A stretch of 64,000 nucleotides of DNA from Mobula hypostoma (Eukaryota). The notes under the pieces were generated by a model. It did no database searches. It saw only the letters and a list, made by a program, of their open reading frames with translations, and had not been told where the DNA came from. How positions within the stretch are numbered: the stretch's first letter is position 1; the number at the start of each line of letters is the position of its first letter. Shown here piece by piece: positions 61,335 through 64,000 of this stretch. Where the stretch lies: assembly GCF_963921235.1 (NCBI RefSeq), contig NC_086109.1, forward strand, positions 3,164,001-3,228,000. Reading direction: 5' to 3'. Position numbers and translations under genes: made by a program.

Positions 61335-61755
61335 ACAGGCAGGTAACTCTCAGGTAGGTAACTCACCTGCCTGTCCATGGCGGTTCATATTATTCCTGTC
61401 AGACGGAGCTGATATCAAGATTAACCAATGATGGAAAGTGACTCACCTGGCAGGTTGGTAACTCACCTGCAACAGGCAGGTAACTCACCTGCCTGTTGAT
61501 GATGCTTGATTATATTCCAATCAGACAGATCTGATATCAGTTTTAACCAATGAAAGAAGGTAACTAACCTGTCAGGTAGGTAATTCACATGCCTATTGAT
61601 GTTGTCTTATTTTATTCCATTCTTACTAAACTGATATTAGGATTAACCAGTGATGGAAGGTAACTCACATTCAACATGCAGGTTACTCTCAGGCAGGTAA
61701 CTCACCTGCCTGTTGATGATGGCTCATTTCATTCTAGTCAGAAAGATCTGATACC
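61335..61755. repeat. Diverged tandem repeat (about 4 units of 100-130 bp) rich in caggtaactcacctg
   Basis: Recurring ggtaactcacctgcctgt..ttattcc..tcagac..ctgatatc..ttaaccaatga blocks. Confidence 0.85.
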
Positions 61756-63681
61756 TGGACAAAGCTCATGGAACACCTAGTCCAGGGTTGTCCGCTATGA
61801 TTTGAACTCAGACTGCATCTATCTAGATACTAATAATCAAATTCTACTTCACAGTACCTAGGTATATTGAACATTATTCTGCATAGGTTAAATTTGAGAA
61901 CTAAAGTAATTGCTGTCAAGGGAGTTTGACTTTCTCTGAGTCTTTGAGAAGCTTTAAAACTCAATGTCATCATAATCAGGTCTAAGTGCTTAATGTTGGC
62001 ATATTCATGCATGATACAGTCTTGTTGTGTGACAGCAACAAACTCTGAACAAAGATCGATGTTTCAATCACCCCAAATTCTGAATGGCGATTTTTAAAGA
62101 CTTGTTCTCTAATTACACTAATGACAAATTAGTAATCGAAGCAACAGCAGCTCACAGCGAGACTAAATCAATGTCCAGGGAAACACCACCACTGACTGAA
62201 GGCCGGAGTGTTTGACAGTCTCTGAAAATTAAAAAGAACACCACAGGGTCTCCCAAACTGTCAATTGCTGTTCACAGGAAAAGACTTAGTTGTCATTTGG
62301 AAAGCAGCTGATATGAGGCACTGGAATGCTGTTATCTTCCTCAGGAAGTAACAATTAAATCTACCTCGACAGAAGAAACCAAGGTCTGCTCCTATCATTA
62401 GCTGTAAGGCGTGAAGGAGGCTCCAGCACAGACAGAAGGCGTGCTGCTTTTGTGTGGCAAGGACATATGTGACACCGTCATTGAAACTGCTGTAAGAAAC
62501 TTCCCGTAGTGACTGAACGCTTGTCGGTTGGAAAATGGAATTCTCTCTGGAGCCATGGAACATCTGGCCTGTTGATAGTTCCATCCATATTCTCTGTTTT
62601 TCTCCACTCTGCAACTGGAGGGAGGGTAAGAACTCAGACAGACGCACAGAGTGAGAATTGAGAAGTGGGCATTTGGAAATTGGACGAAAGGTGCAGTCAA
62701 GTAAATAATGTCAAGACACTTCATGGCCAAAAACATTCCAAGCATTACCAATAAATCCAACCTGAGGTAAGGATGGAAGTTGAAAATGACAAGTGGATGA
62801 CCACCATGAGTCTTTCTGGTGGTTCTCACCAATGCTGAGGTAACGGTTCACTCCAGATTGATATTTAAGGAAAGACAGTATCCACTGGGCATGCCAAAGG
62901 CTAGGGCTCTTTCCAGTGTCCTGGCTGAGGTGTTGACTACCTGCACAACAAGGTCAGATAGGATGCTCAGCCCGACTGTCGGAGATTGGGTTCTACAGGA
63001 GTTCTGCCTGGAGTGGAGGAGGCTGAGAGTTGACCTTATGGTGTTTTATAAAATCACAAAGGATATAGAGAAGATGAGCGGTTACAGTCTTTTTCCCAAG
63101 GTAGGGAAGTCTAAATCCAGAGGGCACATGTTTAGGATAACACTACTTTTAACTTGTTTAGCTCCCACTTGGAAGATTCCTTCTCATTGGAATTGTATCT
63201 ATTCTGTGCATTCTAAAAAGATATCCAATGTCTCCTACCACACTGACGAATTGATTCTTTCACCTCATTTAACCTCAGTTCACTTTATAAAATCATAGAA
63301 TTATATAACAAAGGAACAGGGCCTTTCATACTAATCTGTCCACATCACCTATGATGCCTAGTTACACTGATCACATTTGTTCACATTGAGCCCATGTCTC
63401 TCTACCCCTTCCCTATTAAGGTACCTGTCCAAAAGCCTGTTAAGTATTGTTGCTGTATCTGCATCCACCACCCAGTCTGACTGCTCCTTCCAGATAGCCA
63501 CCATTGTGTGAAAAACCTACTCCTCAGCTCTTCTTTACAGTTCCTCCCCTCTCACTTTAAACCTGCATCCTCTACTACTAGATAACACCGACATGAACAC
63601 AGCTATCCACCCTATCTATCTGCTTCATAATTTTATAAATGTCTAAAAGATCACCTATTAGCCTCCTCCTCTCCTGTAATC

Positions 63682-64000
63682 CAGCGGTCCCCAACCACTG
63701 GGCCGCGGACCGGTACCAGGCAGCATGTGCTACCGGGCCGTGAGGAAACGATATGAGTCAGCTGCACCTTTCCTCATTCCCTGTCACGCACTGTTGAACT
63801 TGAACATAGGGTTGCCAACTGTCCCGTATTTGCCGGGACATCTCGTATATTGGGCTAAATTGTCTTGTCCCATACAAGACCACCCTTCTCCGGTATTTCC
63901 CCTGCTAAGGTAGAGCGTTCCTATGAAATGACGTAGAGCAAAGAAGCAATTACCATTAATTTATATGGGAAAAATTTTTGAGTGTTCCCAGATCCAAAAA
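63682..64000. mobile_element. hAT-like DNA transposon/MITE left end, running off the window
   Basis: Begins cagcggtccccaacc (Charlie-like terminus); internal tagggttgcca (hAT-like terminus) at 63807. The other end is not visible. Confidence 0.55.

Noticed and set aside
62261..63298. Host gene ORFs of 128-159 aa
   Set aside because: No recognisable domain; the 3' part of 62819-63298 is a CR1 remnant (LEWRRLRVDL..YKI).

Overview
Repeat-dense, apparently intronic or intergenic vertebrate DNA. The repeat repertoire (HE1/V-SINE-like SINEs, many CR1 and Rex1/Babar LINEs, Neptune-type Penelope elements) suggests a cartilaginous fish; this is an inference. I could not support any host protein-coding exon, and nearly every ORF in the track is a transposon fragment or a tandem-repeat artefact. 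Main contents: (1) a full-length, recently decayed Ty3/Gypsy LTR element (39319-43771) with no tRNA primer-binding site. Its PBS position is instead a perfect 16-nt complement of its own LTR over the poly(A) signal (candidate self-priming), and its RT has YLDN in place of YxDD. (2) At least three Penelope-like (GIY-YIG) families whose terminal repeats carry minimal hammerhead ribozyme motifs, several in fold-back arrangements. (3) Young CR1 LINEs, one with a 559-aa open RT ORF. (4) A BovB-like RTE LINE and a tRNA/CORE-like SINE whose tail matches an RTE LINE 3' UTR in the same window. (5) Two solo LTRs, three minisatellites, a diverged hairpin-bearing repeat and a hAT-like end. Coordinates of old, degenerate fragments are approximate.
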